A stretch of 64,000 bases of DNA from Pyrinomonadaceae bacterium (GTDB taxonomy: Bacteria > Acidobacteriota > Blastocatellia > Pyrinomonadales > Pyrinomonadaceae): positions 1,408 through 65,407 of the forward strand of contig DASVTY010000012.1 in NCBI GenBank assembly GCA_036387315.1. Reading direction: 5' to 3'. The notes under the pieces were generated by a model. It was not told where the DNA came from and ran no database searches. It saw nothing but the letters and a program-made list of their open reading frames with translations. The translations under genes were made by a program, and so were the position numbers. Shown here piece after piece: positions 8,513-18,562 of the stretch. The number at the start of each line of letters is the position of its first letter. Within the stretch, counting starts at the first letter, position 1.

Positions 8513-9547
8513 ATGCTAAAAGCAGTCAGACAAATTTTAATCAGCACGTTATTGGTGTTCGGTATTTTTTCCGCCGCCGGTTTCGCGCAGGAAAAACCGT
8601 TAGCTCCGCAAACCGATTCAGGCAAAATAAATCCGGCGGTTTTAGGACGCGCCGAGCGGGACGAAAATGCGCGCAGATACCGAATCGGCGTCGGCGATGA
8701 GCTTATTATTCAGATTTTGAAATATCCGCAATATTCATCGCCCGTACCGCTGCGAGTTGATGAAAAAGGGGTTATTATTCTGCCGCGCATTGAGCAGCCG
8801 ATTAAAGCCGTTTGCAAAACCGAAAATGAATTGAGCGAAGAAATCGCCGGGTATTATAAAAAGTATCTGCGACAGCCATTTGTCAGTGTTTACGTAAAAG
8901 ATTATAAATCGCAGCCGGTTGCCGTAATGGGCGCAGTTGATAAAGCGGGAACGTTTTATATCAATCGCCAAATACGGCTGATTCAAGCCATTTCGCTCGC
9001 GGGCGGTCCGAACAAAGAAGCCGGTTCGAAAGTTCTGCTGGCGCGGATGGGCGATGTTGATTTATGTTCGATGCAAAATTCCGTTGTCGCAAACACAGCC
9101 GGAGAGGAAACTTTGAAAGGCAAGTTTTACACCTATAATCTGCGCCGCGTGATGGAAGGCGACGACACGGCAAATCCGTTGATTCAGCCGGGCGATATTG
9201 TTTCGATTCTCGAAGCCGACCGCGCCTACGTGATCGGAAACGTCAAAGAGCAGAAAACGATTTTGCTCAAAGAGCCGCGCACTTTGACGCAGGCGATTGC
9301 CGAAGCCGGAGGCGTCGAATCAGCCACGAAAATGAAAGAGATTTTTATTCTCAGACAAGACGAAAGCGGAAATAAAAGCCGCATTCCGTACAATATGCTG
9401 GCAATCAATTCGGGAAAACAGCAAGACCCTTTTTTGCTGCCGAACGATATTGTCGAAGTCCCGACCGACACCAAAAAATCTAATCTTGAGACTTTGAAAA
9501 AAGCATTTATCAACGGTTTGCCTGCGGTCATCCCGTTTTTATTCTAA
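8513..9547 (+). CDS. Polysaccharide export outer-membrane protein, Wza-like (Poly_export/SLBB)
   Basis: Signal peptide, then the YRIGVGDELIIQI.. motif and repeated SLBB-like segments (..V.V.G.V..PG.Y..). First gene of the EPS locus. Confidence 0.85.
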   Translation: MLKAVRQILISTLLVFGIFSAAGFAQEKPLAPQTDSGKINPAVLGRAERDENARRYRIGVGDELIIQILKYPQYSSPVPLRVDEKGVIILPRIEQPIKAVCKTENELSEEIAGYYKKYLRQPFVSVYVKDYKSQPVAVMGAVDKAGTFYINRQIRLIQAISLAGGPNKEAGSKVLLARMGDVDLCSMQNSVVANTAGEETLKGKFYTYNLRRVMEGDDTANPLIQPGDIVSILEADRAYVIGNVKEQKTILLKEPRTLTQAIAEAGGVESATKMKEIFILRQDESGNKSRIPYNMLAINSGKQQDPFLLPNDIVEVPTDTKKSNLETLKKAFINGLPAVIPFLF

Positions 9548-9587
9548 ATTTCATCAGTAAACTAATAGTTTTAGTCAGAGTAAGCTA

Positions 9588-11999
9588 ATGCAAGAACGCC
9601 GTGAAATCATTCCGACAATTCAGCCGGAAAAATCGGAGATACAACGTAACGCCATCGAAGTTAAGCTTCCGGCTGCCGCCGAGCCTTACCGGAATTATCG
9701 CGGAGCCGCCGCAGCCGAAGAAGGCATTCGCATTTTGGATTACTGGCGGGCGATTCGCAAACGTTTGTGGCTCGTTATCGGCATCGCGGTTTTGATGACG
9801 ACGTTGGCGGCGATTTATATGTCGCGCCGACCGGACGTTTACGAAGCGCATTCGCGCGTGCAGGTGGATCTTGAGCAGGTTAACCCCGATTTGGTCGCCA
9901 GCGACCGGCGCGCCCCCGTCGTTAGCGATCCGTCTTATTTCAACACGCAGCTTCAAAACTTAAACAGCCCGACTTTGCTGCGCCGTGTCGTCAAAGAACT
10001 CGATCTGGAGAACAACAAAGATTTTATGAACCCGAAATCGGAGGAATCGCGCTCGCCGCTCCGCTCGATTTTGCGTTCAATCGGTTTAGCCAGCCCGGAA
10101 AAGAAACGCGACTCAAACGCCGTTCCGGTTTCGACCAACACGCAGGCGGAAAACATCGAAGATATGGCAGAGGCGAAACGCCTCGCGCCGTTTGTTGACA
10201 CGCTACAGAGAAAATTGGTTATCGAGCCGGTGCGAGAAGTCCGCGCTGCGCAAAAAGAAACCCGTTTGATTAGCATCTCTTTTCAACATACAAATCCCGA
10301 TTTAGCGGCTCTGATTGTCAACGGCGTGGCTGCGACTTTTGTCAGAGCGAATCAGGAGAAGAGAACCGGCAAAAGCGGAGAAACCAGCAAGTTTTTGCAG
10401 GAACGAGTCGCCGAATTACAGGCGGAAGTCAAACGAGATCAAGAGCTGCTCGTTAAATTAAAACAAACCTCGAATATTTTAGAGTTTGAAAATGAAAAAA
10501 CTCTTGCCGGTGAACAGCTACAAGGCTTAAACAAGCAGCTTTTGGATGCCTCGAACCTTCGCAAGGCGACGGAAGCCGAATATAATGCCGCAAAACAACC
10601 GGAATCATTATTGGCGCTGACGGAAGACAGCGACGCGCGAAGAGTAATTGATGATTTGCAGCTTGAAATCGCGCGAACTCAAAAAGAAAGAGAACGCCTT
10701 CTGCTCGAATACACTCCGGAAGCGCCGGAAGTTCTGGAGAGGGATAAAGAAATCGAAACGCTGGGCAGAAAACTCGAAGATTACCGCAAACGCAATCAGG
10801 GTAATCTACTGCTCAATCTAAAAAGCCGATTTGAACGCGCACGTAATCAGGAAGCGAAAATAAAAGCCGAATTCGACCGTCAATACAATCTCGCGCAGGG
10901 ACAGAATAAAGCGGGAATTGACATTACTATTTTGCAGCAGCGGCTCGATAACAATAACAATCTGTTGAACAATTTGTTCAAACAACAACGCGAAAACGAT
11001 GTCCAAGCCGTCGGAACCGGAAACAACGTTTCGGTTGCAGATGTCGCCATCACGCCGGAAGACCCGATAGGACCGCGCCGTTTATTATCGGTCATGATGG
11101 CGTTTATGATGTCGCTCGTTTTCGGCTGCGGCTTGGCGCTGTTTCTCGAATATCTCGACGACACGGTGCGGACGACCGAAGATGTCGAAAACATCCTGCG
11201 GCTTCCCGCTCTGGCTGTTATTCCGACGATTGACACGGCTCAGAAACGCAAACTTTTGGCTGCGGGCGCGGGAGGTGAAAACCAAAACAATCCGGGACGT
11301 TCCGAATTGCTCATCAGCAACGATTCGCGCTCGGCTTTAGCCGAAGCATATCGCCAGCTTCGCACTTCGATTTTGCTTTCAACCGCCGGACACGCTCCGA
11401 AATCGCTTTTGGTGACATCGAGCGTTCCGAGCGAAGGCAAAACAACGACCGCCGTCAACACGGCTATCAGTCTGGCGCAAACCGGAGCCAAAGTTTTGAT
11501 TATTGACGCGGATATGCGCCGCCCGCGTCTGCACGGAATTTTTCAGGTTTCCAACGAACACGGTTTAAGCTCGATTTTGTCGAGCCAGATGGAAGAGGAC
11601 GAGATGCTGGATATTATTCAGCACGACGACGAATCGAATCTTTATCTGCTGCCGTCGGGCGCGGTTCCGCCGAATCCTGCGGAATTGATCGGTTCGGATC
11701 AAATGTCCCGGATGCTCAAAATTATGGAAGCGAATTTTACGCACGTCGTCGTAGATTCGCCGCCGATTGCGTCGTTTACCGACGGCGTTTTGATTTCGTC
11801 AATGGTTGACGGCGTTTTGCTCGTCGTTCATTCCGGCAAATCATCACGACAAGTTATCAAGCGCGCCCGTCAATTGCTCGGCGAAGTCGGGGCAAAACTG
11901 TTCGGCGTCGTTCTCAACAACGTCAATCTGCGCTCTCAGGATAATAATTATTATTATCAAAATTACTATAGCTCTTACTACAATCGAGACGAGGAATAA
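9588..11999 (+). CDS. Polysaccharide co-polymerase / BY-kinase, Wzc/GumC-like
   Basis: N-terminal Wzz-like TM plus long coiled coil. C-terminal P-loop domain with Walker A SEGKTTT, A' IIDADMRRP and B VVDSPP. C-terminal Tyr cluster NNYYYQNYYSSYY. Confidence 0.85.
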   Translation: MQERREIIPTIQPEKSEIQRNAIEVKLPAAAEPYRNYRGAAAAEEGIRILDYWRAIRKRLWLVIGIAVLMTTLAAIYMSRRPDVYEAHSRVQVDLEQVNPDLVASDRRAPVVSDPSYFNTQLQNLNSPTLLRRVVKELDLENNKDFMNPKSEESRSPLRSILRSIGLASPEKKRDSNAVPVSTNTQAENIEDMAEAKRLAPFVDTLQRKLVIEPVREVRAAQKETRLISISFQHTNPDLAALIVNGVAATFVRANQEKRTGKSGETSKFLQERVAELQAEVKRDQELLVKLKQTSNILEFENEKTLAGEQLQGLNKQLLDASNLRKATEAEYNAAKQPESLLALTEDSDARRVIDDLQLEIARTQKERERLLLEYTPEAPEVLERDKEIETLGRKLEDYRKRNQGNLLLNLKSRFERARNQEAKIKAEFDRQYNLAQGQNKAGIDITILQQRLDNNNNLLNNLFKQQRENDVQAVGTGNNVSVADVAITPEDPIGPRRLLSVMMAFMMSLVFGCGLALFLEYLDDTVRTTEDVENILRLPALAVIPTIDTAQKRKLLAAGAGGENQNNPGRSELLISNDSRSALAEAYRQLRTSILLSTAGHAPKSLLVTSSVPSEGKTTTAVNTAISLAQTGAKVLIIDADMRRPRLHGIFQVSNEHGLSSILSSQMEEDEMLDIIQHDDESNLYLLPSGAVPPNPAELIGSDQMSRMLKIMEANFTHVVVDSPPIASFTDGVLISSMVDGVLLVVHSGKSSRQVIKRARQLLGEVGAKLFGVVLNNVNLRSQDNNYYYQNYYSSYYNRDEE

Positions 12000-12001
12000 T
12001 T

Positions 12002-12067
12002 AATTACGAATTTCAAATTACGAATTACGAATCAAGGAGTTTAATTCGTAATTTGAAATTCGTAATT
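12002..12067. repeat. 25-bp perfect AT-rich inverted repeat with 16-nt loop, between wzc and the next gene
   Basis: aattacgaatttcaaattacgaatt (12002-12026) pairs perfectly with aattcgtaatttgaaattcgtaatt (12043-12067). The loop contains aaggag. It ends 8 nt before the ATG at 12076. Confidence 0.9.
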
Positions 12068-12075
12068 GAATTTTA

Positions 12076-13056
12076 ATGGCAGACGAAACGAAAAAAGTAT
12101 TGGTGACGGGCGCGGGCGGATTTATCGGCAGCCATCTGGTCACATATTTAAAAAATAAAGGATATTGGGTGCGCGGCGTTGATATTAAAGAACCGGAATT
12201 TTCCCGCTCGGACGCCGACGAATTTGAATTGCTCGATTTGCGTCGCTGGGATAATTGTTTGCAGGCGACGCGCGGCGTTGCGGAAGTTTACGCGCTCGCC
12301 GCCGATATGGGCGGAATGGGATTTATCTCAAACCATCACGCGCAGATTTTGCACAACAATTCGCTCATCAACCTTCACACGCTCGAAGCCGCCCGCGTGA
12401 ACAACGTAAAACGCTATCTTTACACATCGAGCGCCTGCATTTACCCCGAACATCTTCAGGAAGACGCGAACGTGACGCCTTTAAAAGAAGCGGACGCTTA
12501 TCCGGCAATGCCGCAGGACGCCTACGGCTGGGAAAAGCTCGTTACCGAACGACTCTGCACACATTATCGTGAAGATTACGGAATGGAAACCAGAATCGTG
12601 CGTTTTCATAACATTTTCGGCGAATTGGGAACCTGGGAAGGCGGGCGCGAAAAAGCTCCGGCGGCGATGTGCCGCAAAATCGCTTTTGCGAAATTGACCG
12701 GCAAAACCGAAATCGAAATTTGGGGCGACGGCGAACAGACGCGCTCGTTTTGCTACATTGACGATTGCGTCGAAGGCATTTATCGCCTGATGCGCTCAGA
12801 CTTTTTTGAGCCTTTAAATCTCGGTCAGGACCGGATGGTAACGATCAATCAGCTTGCGGATATTGTCGCCGAAATTGCGGGCGTCAAAATCTCGAAAAAG
12901 CACATTGACGGACCGATGGGCGTGCGCGGCAGAAATTCCGACAACACGAAATTGCGCGAAGTTCTCGATTGGGAACCGGCAATTTCGCTTGAAAACGGTT
13001 TGCGCGAGACTTATCGCTGGATTGAAGAACAAGTGCGAGCGCAATTGAAGGATTAA
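12076..13056 (+). CDS. GDP-mannose 3,5-epimerase-like SDR (NAD-dependent epimerase/dehydratase)
   Basis: GAGGFIGSH Rossmann motif. ..DEFELLDLR..NCL.......V..LAADMGGMGFI..NH.....NN..I....LEAAR.N.VKR..Y.SSACIYPE closely parallels plant/bacterial GME as I remember it. Confidence 0.75.
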   Translation: MADETKKVLVTGAGGFIGSHLVTYLKNKGYWVRGVDIKEPEFSRSDADEFELLDLRRWDNCLQATRGVAEVYALAADMGGMGFISNHHAQILHNNSLINLHTLEAARVNNVKRYLYTSSACIYPEHLQEDANVTPLKEADAYPAMPQDAYGWEKLVTERLCTHYREDYGMETRIVRFHNIFGELGTWEGGREKAPAAMCRKIAFAKLTGKTEIEIWGDGEQTRSFCYIDDCVEGIYRLMRSDFFEPLNLGQDRMVTINQLADIVAEIAGVKISKKHIDGPMGVRGRNSDNTKLREVLDWEPAISLENGLRETYRWIEEQVRAQLKD

Positions 13057-13100
13057 TTTTTACAGCCTGGATTTTATCTTTTTGAATTAACACTGCTTTT

Positions 13101-13937
13101 ATGAGCAATTTTGCAGATGTCGAAATAAATGCGGTGCGTGATTACTGGAATCGCCGCCCGTGCAATATTCGTCACTCGACCGCCGAGGTCGGGACGGAAG
13201 AATATTTTAATCAAGTCGAAGCCCGCAAATATTTTGTCGAGCCGCATATACCGGCTTTTGCCGAATTTGAGCGCTGGCGCGGCAAAAAAGTTCTGGAAAT
13301 CGGGTGCGGAATAGGCACGGACACGATGAATTTTGCGCGCGCCGGAGCTGAAGTGACGGCAATTGATTTGTCGAGTGAATCTTTAAAACTGGCGAAAAAA
13401 CGCGCCGAAGTTTTTAATTTGACCGACCGAATCCGTTTTTACGAAGCCAACGCCGAGCGGCTTTCGGATTTTATTCCGCCGGAAAAATACGATCTTGTTT
13501 ATTCATTTGGAGTAGTTCATCATTCGCCGAACCCGGAAAAAATCATCGAGCAGCTACGCGCGAATTTCGTTCACACGGGCAGCTCTTTGAAATTGATGGT
13601 TTATTACCGTTACGCCTGGAAGGTGCTGTGGATTTTGCTCACCGAAGGACGCGGGCAATTCTGGAAAATTGACGAACACATCGCCCGCAACTCCGAAGCG
13701 CAGACGGGCTGTCCGGTCACTTATTCATACACGAAAAAAACAATCAAAGATTTAATCGGCAACGGTTTTGAAGCCGAAGACATTTTTGTTGACCATATTT
13801 TTCCGTACAAAATCTCGGAATACGTCAAATATAATTACGTCAAAGAATGGTACTGGAAAATGTTGCCCGAAACGGTTTTTCGCGCAATGGAAAAACGTTT
13901 CGGCTGGCATTTATGCGTCACGGCGAAAGCTAAATAA
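13101..13937 (+). CDS. Class I SAM-dependent methyltransferase
   Basis: Motif I VLEIGCGIGTD, then acidic AIDLS and a motif post-II. 278 aa. Confidence 0.8.
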   Translation: MSNFADVEINAVRDYWNRRPCNIRHSTAEVGTEEYFNQVEARKYFVEPHIPAFAEFERWRGKKVLEIGCGIGTDTMNFARAGAEVTAIDLSSESLKLAKKRAEVFNLTDRIRFYEANAERLSDFIPPEKYDLVYSFGVVHHSPNPEKIIEQLRANFVHTGSSLKLMVYYRYAWKVLWILLTEGRGQFWKIDEHIARNSEAQTGCPVTYSYTKKTIKDLIGNGFEAEDIFVDHIFPYKISEYVKYNYVKEWYWKMLPETVFRAMEKRFGWHLCVTAKAK

Positions 13938-13965
13938 AATTTTATAATCAAGGATTTATTTGTAG

Positions 13966-15342
13966 ATGAAGTCGAGAATTTCGGTTATCGGTTTGGGGAA
14001 ACTGGGCGCGAGTATGGCGGGCGCGTTCGCTTCGCGCGGTTTTGAAGTCGTCGGCGTTGATGTCAACGAACGTTCCGTTAATCTTGTTAACGAAGGGCGA
14101 GCGCCGGTTCAGGAAACCGATTTGGATAAATACATCGAAGAAAACAAAGCCCGAATTCGCGCGACGACAAGCCACGAAGACGCGATTTTAAATTCCGATA
14201 TTTCTTTCGTCATCGTCCCGACTCCGAGCGATGAAAAAGGGGCTTTTTCACTGCAATATGCGGCTTGGGCTTTCAAAGAAATCGGCAAAGCTCTGAGAAA
14301 GAAAAACGGTTATCACAACATCGTATTAACTTCCACTGTTTTACCCGGCGCGACACGCTACGGTTTGCTGCCGATTTTGGAAAGAGAATCAGGTAAAAAA
14401 TGCGGCGCGGATTTCGGTTTGTGCTACAGCCCCGAATTTATCGCACTCGGCAGCGTGATCCGTGATTTTTTGAATCCCGATTTTCTACTTCTCGGCGAAT
14501 ATGACGAACGCGCCGGTAATCAACTCGAACAAATTTACAAGGAAACGATGTTCGGCAATCCGCCCTGCAAACGAATGAGTCTTGAAAACGCTGAACTGAC
14601 GAAAATCTCGGTCAACAGCTTTGTCACGACGAAAATCACTTTTGCCAATATGCTCGCCGATTTGTGCGAGCGAGTTCCGGGCGGAAACGTTGATGTCGTC
14701 ACTGACGCGCTCGGCGCTGACAAACGAATCGGACGAAGATATTTGACCGGCGCGCTCGGTTACGGCGGACCGTGTTTTCCGCGCGATAATGTAGCTTTGA
14801 GCTATATTGCGCGAGAAATGGGAACTCGTGCCGATATTTCCGAAACGACCGACAATTTTAATCGTTCGATGGCGGAAAAAATCGCAGAAAAGCTGCGCAC
14901 GGTCGTACAGGACGGGGTGACGACCGCGATTTTGGGTTTGGCTTATAAGCCGTTTTCGCACGTCGTCGAAGAATCGCAAGGCGTTTATCTTGCGAACGCT
15001 TTATCGCAAGCCGGCGCTCGCGTCGTAGCTTACGACCCGCTAGCAGGGGAATCGGCGAACGCCGAATTAAAAGGTAAAGTTCTGATTCTGGATTCGGCGA
15101 AAAAATGTCTGGAACAAGCCGAAATAGTTTTAATTACAACCGCCGATCCTGAATTTCAAACTTTGACTTATGCCGATTTTAATCCCGAATTCAGTAAAAT
15201 CACCGTAATTGATTTTTGGCGGATTTTGCGCGGCGAATTGCAAAATCGCCCGAACGTCGAATACGTTCCGGTCGGTTGCAGTACGAACGACGAAGAAAAT
15301 GCTGCGCGGCTGCGCGAATTGTGGCACGGCGAACGGTTTTAA
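13966..15342 (+). CDS. Nucleotide-sugar 6-dehydrogenase (UDP-glucose/GDP-mannose dehydrogenase family)
   Basis: N-terminal ISVIGLGKLG Rossmann motif, ..GGPCFPRD.. catalytic Cys motif, central and C-terminal UDPG_MGDP_dh-like regions. The substrate cannot be assigned from sequence alone. Confidence 0.85.
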   Translation: MKSRISVIGLGKLGASMAGAFASRGFEVVGVDVNERSVNLVNEGRAPVQETDLDKYIEENKARIRATTSHEDAILNSDISFVIVPTPSDEKGAFSLQYAAWAFKEIGKALRKKNGYHNIVLTSTVLPGATRYGLLPILERESGKKCGADFGLCYSPEFIALGSVIRDFLNPDFLLLGEYDERAGNQLEQIYKETMFGNPPCKRMSLENAELTKISVNSFVTTKITFANMLADLCERVPGGNVDVVTDALGADKRIGRRYLTGALGYGGPCFPRDNVALSYIAREMGTRADISETTDNFNRSMAEKIAEKLRTVVQDGVTTAILGLAYKPFSHVVEESQGVYLANALSQAGARVVAYDPLAGESANAELKGKVLILDSAKKCLEQAEIVLITTADPEFQTLTYADFNPEFSKITVIDFWRILRGELQNRPNVEYVPVGCSTNDEENAARLRELWHGERF

Positions 15343-15348
15343 ATTTAA

Positions 15349-15425
15349 AACCACAGATAAAACGGATTTCCCGCAGATGGTTGTTTTAGTCTGTCTTAAT
15401 CTGCTTGCGTCTGTGGTTCTTTTTT
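15349..15425 (+). terminator. Possible terminator/attenuator: 9-bp outer stem, inner 6-bp hairpin, T-run
   Basis: aaccacaga (15349-57) pairs with tctgtggtt (15410-18). Inner gcagat/atctgc pair. Followed by cttttttg running into the next start codon. Confidence 0.35.
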
Positions 15426-15426
15426 G

Positions 15427-16335
15427 ATGAGCGAAAAGAAAAAAGTCGAAATTGTTTTTCCTTGCTACAACCGCCGCGAGATAACTTTGCAATGTCTTCG
15501 CAGTCTGGCGCGGATTGATAAGACCGGCTTGGAAGTTCACATTGTCGTAGTTGACGATGGCAGCACGGACGGGACGAGCGATGCGATTCAACGCGAGTTT
15601 CCCGAAGTCGAAATTTTTGCGGGCGACGGCAATTTGTGGTTCACCGCCGGAACGAATCGCGGCATCGAAGCGGCTTTAAAGCATAAACCGGATTACGTTT
15701 TGTGCATCAACGACGACGAGATTTTCGATTCCCGATTTTTGCGTCGAATGGTTGACACCGCCGAAGCGAATCCGCGCTCCGTCATCGGCGCTCTGCTCGT
15801 TTTGTGGGACGATATGAAAACGGTTTTTCAGGTCGCTCCGCGCTGGAAAACCTTGCAGGGCGGTTGGCGTCATTATTATCAGCAAACCGTTCACACGGTG
15901 CCCGACAAACCGTTTGAAGTCGGTTTGATCGTCGGAAACTGCGTTTTAGTTCCGACGGAAGCAATTCGCGAATGCGGTTTGATGGACGAGCGAAATTTCG
16001 TCAATTTCGGCGACGCCGAATGGACGCCGCGAATGAGAAAGCGCGGGTGGCGATTGCTGCTCGAACCGCAAGCCCGCGTTTTTTGCCAACCGAACGTTCC
16101 GCCGAAATCCCTGCGGAATCATTCCTGGAAGGAGCTTTATCAAACGCTCTGGGCGGATCGGCGCAAATTGCAGAATCTGCGCGTCCAGTTTCGCTCGCTT
16201 TGGGTCGGCGCGCCGACAAAAGCCCACGCTGTTGCAGCTTTTACGGTTCACGTCGGGCGGCTCGGTTTGCAGTCAACCCGATTATGGCGCGAAAAACCGG
16301 ACAAAGAAAGAAGTCTCGCCGAAGATTACGCATAG
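15427..16335 (+). CDS. Glycosyltransferase family 2
   Basis: ..IVFPCYNR..VVVDDGSTDGT.. with a DDE-type motif (INDDE). ATG at 15427 preferred over the TTG at 15424. Confidence 0.8.
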   Translation: MSEKKKVEIVFPCYNRREITLQCLRSLARIDKTGLEVHIVVVDDGSTDGTSDAIQREFPEVEIFAGDGNLWFTAGTNRGIEAALKHKPDYVLCINDDEIFDSRFLRRMVDTAEANPRSVIGALLVLWDDMKTVFQVAPRWKTLQGGWRHYYQQTVHTVPDKPFEVGLIVGNCVLVPTEAIRECGLMDERNFVNFGDAEWTPRMRKRGWRLLLEPQARVFCQPNVPPKSLRNHSWKELYQTLWADRRKLQNLRVQFRSLWVGAPTKAHAVAAFTVHVGRLGLQSTRLWREKPDKERSLAEDYA

Positions 16336-16338
16336 AAA

Positions 16339-17655
16339 ATGTTTAAGCTTGGGAGCGCGGGCGAATCACCCGCAATCAGCGCCGAAAGGCGCGATCAGAT
16401 TTTTACCGAATCTTGCCGCAAAACAGATGCGGGCGAGGCGTTCGCGCTCCAATCAAAAGAAGTTTTATTCGTCTGGAATTACACCGAATGGGGCGGCGCG
16501 CAAATTTATTTTCTCGGAATTATGCGGTTTTTGCGCGAGATGAATGTTCGAGTAAGCGCCGTGATGCCGGAAGGAACGAGCGAAAAGCTGCTCCGTTATT
16601 TCGAGCGGGAAAACGTTGCGACAAATTTTTTTCCGGCGCGGATTGATGCGACCAAAGCCGCAAGCATACGGCACAAAATCGGGCGCAGATGGAATGATTT
16701 GCGCTGCCACTGGATTCTCGCGCGGCATTTGTCGGAATCGAATTTGGAAAACAAAATCGTCCATATCGAAGCCGCGCCCTGGAACGCGGCGAGCTTATTG
16801 TTTTTTCTGGCGCGTAAAACTCACGTTTTCGTCACGCTGCATATTTCGCAAACGGACGCGCCGACAATCCGCAATCGCTGGATTCGTTTGAAATATAAAT
16901 TGCTCTGCCGGTTGCCGAAATTTCATTTGCTCGCTTCAAATGAAGATATGCGAAAAAGTCTGCGCTGGTTTGTGGACGAAAAAATGCTCGCTTTGATTCC
17001 GGTTGCTTACACCGGAGTCAACACAAAAGAGATTAGCGGCGTTTTAGATTTGCCGCTCGAACGCGAAAAGCTCATTAAAAAATATAATTTGCCTGAAAAT
17101 CGCCTTCTGGTTTTTTCGCTCGGGAGCATTGTCGAGCGCAAAGGTTACAGAGTTTTGCTCGAAACTGCGCGGCAGTTAAAAAACGAAAATCTTTTTTTCG
17201 TTTGGGTTGGCGATGGCGAAAAGCTGGCGGAGATGCAAAAATTGATTATTGAATTCGGGCTTGAAGATTCGGTGAAAATCATTCGTCCTTCAGAAATCGG
17301 CGAAAACCGCGAAGATTTGCTGCGCCTGCTCAGAATTGCCGATGTTTTCGTTCATCCGTCATTCGCCGAAGGGCTTGCCGGAGCGATGCTCGAAGCGATG
17401 GCGCTTGAAGTTCCGGTTGTGGTTTCCCGAATCAACGCCCTGCCGGAAGCAGTCAAAAATATGGAAAACGGTTTGCTTGTTCGAGCCGGAGATGACGAAG
17501 GCTTTGCCAAAGCTATTTCTACATTGGCAAAAGATGAAAAATTGCGGCGGCATTTAGCTAAAAAAGGTCAGGAAACGGTTTTGAAAAATTTTACCGAAGA
17601 ACGCTGCGCCGAAGTGACGATTGATTTTTACGAAAAGTGCTTGAATACTTTGTAA
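16339..17655 (+). CDS. Glycosyltransferase family 4 (GT-B, Glycos_transf_1)
   Basis: C-terminal ..RKGY..L......L......F.WVGDG......FVHPS..EG...A.LEAMA...PVV.S signature. The N-terminal roughly 45 aa may be an over-extension. Confidence 0.8.
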   Translation: MFKLGSAGESPAISAERRDQIFTESCRKTDAGEAFALQSKEVLFVWNYTEWGGAQIYFLGIMRFLREMNVRVSAVMPEGTSEKLLRYFERENVATNFFPARIDATKAASIRHKIGRRWNDLRCHWILARHLSESNLENKIVHIEAAPWNAASLLFFLARKTHVFVTLHISQTDAPTIRNRWIRLKYKLLCRLPKFHLLASNEDMRKSLRWFVDEKMLALIPVAYTGVNTKEISGVLDLPLEREKLIKKYNLPENRLLVFSLGSIVERKGYRVLLETARQLKNENLFFVWVGDGEKLAEMQKLIIEFGLEDSVKIIRPSEIGENREDLLRLLRIADVFVHPSFAEGLAGAMLEAMALEVPVVVSRINALPEAVKNMENGLLVRAGDDEGFAKAISTLAKDEKLRRHLAKKGQETVLKNFTEERCAEVTIDFYEKCLNTL

Positions 17656-17692
17656 TTTAAAACGCGCGTTTTAACGGTTAGTTACAGAAATT

Positions 17693-18508
17693 ATGGTTTC
17701 AGTTGAGGAAAACATTTCCGAACAGGTTTTTGAAGAGATGTTAAATCGCTCGGATTTGCGGCTGTTCGAGAAAATTACGAGTCAGACCGATGAATTTGAC
17801 AAACGCTCGCTGCTTGCGTGCCAGCGCGCGGTCAGAAATCTTTTGGGGAAATACATTTATTTGGAAATCGGCTCTTATCTTGGCGGCAGCATTCAGCCGT
17901 TTTTGCTCGATTCGGCTTGCGAAACGATTTTTTCGCTTGATAAAAGACCGTTTTCACAACCGGACGAGCGCGGCGTTGATTTTGTTTATAAAAACAATTC
18001 AACGGCTAGAATGCTCGAAAATCTGAAACAAGTCGCGCCGCGTAATTTAGATAAGATCGTTTGCATTGACGGCGATGTCAGCGAAATTGATAAAACGAAA
18101 ATCACCCGAAAACCTGATTTGTGTTTTATTGACGGCGAGCATACGGACACGGCTTGCCAGCGCGATTTTCATTTTTGTCTTGAAGTAATGAACCGCGAGC
18201 GCGGCGCGATTGTTTTTCACGACGCGGGCGTTATTTATCATGGGTTGAAAGAAATCATCGAGTTTTTGGAGGCAAAGGAAATAAAATTTACGGCATACAA
18301 TCTGCCGCACGTAATGTTTGTCATTGAAATCGGTGATTTTTCGCTGCACCGCGAGCCGGAAATCAACCGGATGCTCGTTAATAATCACGTCGGTTATTTA
18401 TATTCTTTGCAGTCAAACGATTTTTATCGCTCGTTTGTCAATAAGCCGATTATCAGAAAATATCGCGAATTTCGCTCCTGGCTTGCGGGAAGCAACGTCA
18501 GCGAGTAA
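17693..18508 (+). CDS. Class I methyltransferase-like protein (Methyltransf_24/TylF-like)
   Basis: YLEIGSYLGGS glycine-rich motif and later ..CFIDGEHT.. motif typical of this MTase subgroup. Confidence 0.55.
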   Translation: MVSVEENISEQVFEEMLNRSDLRLFEKITSQTDEFDKRSLLACQRAVRNLLGKYIYLEIGSYLGGSIQPFLLDSACETIFSLDKRPFSQPDERGVDFVYKNNSTARMLENLKQVAPRNLDKIVCIDGDVSEIDKTKITRKPDLCFIDGEHTDTACQRDFHFCLEVMNRERGAIVFHDAGVIYHGLKEIIEFLEAKEIKFTAYNLPHVMFVIEIGDFSLHREPEINRMLVNNHVGYLYSLQSNDFYRSFVNKPIIRKYREFRSWLAGSNVSE

Positions 18509-18562
18509 TTGTCAAATGGAAAGTTAAATTCGCATAATATATGCGATGGGAGCAAGCGAATT

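Noticed and set aside
8374-8700. 108-aa + strand ORF overlapping the wza start
   Set aside because: It is out of frame with a well-supported Wza-like CDS that has its own SD and signal peptide. The product is Arg-rich and low complexity.
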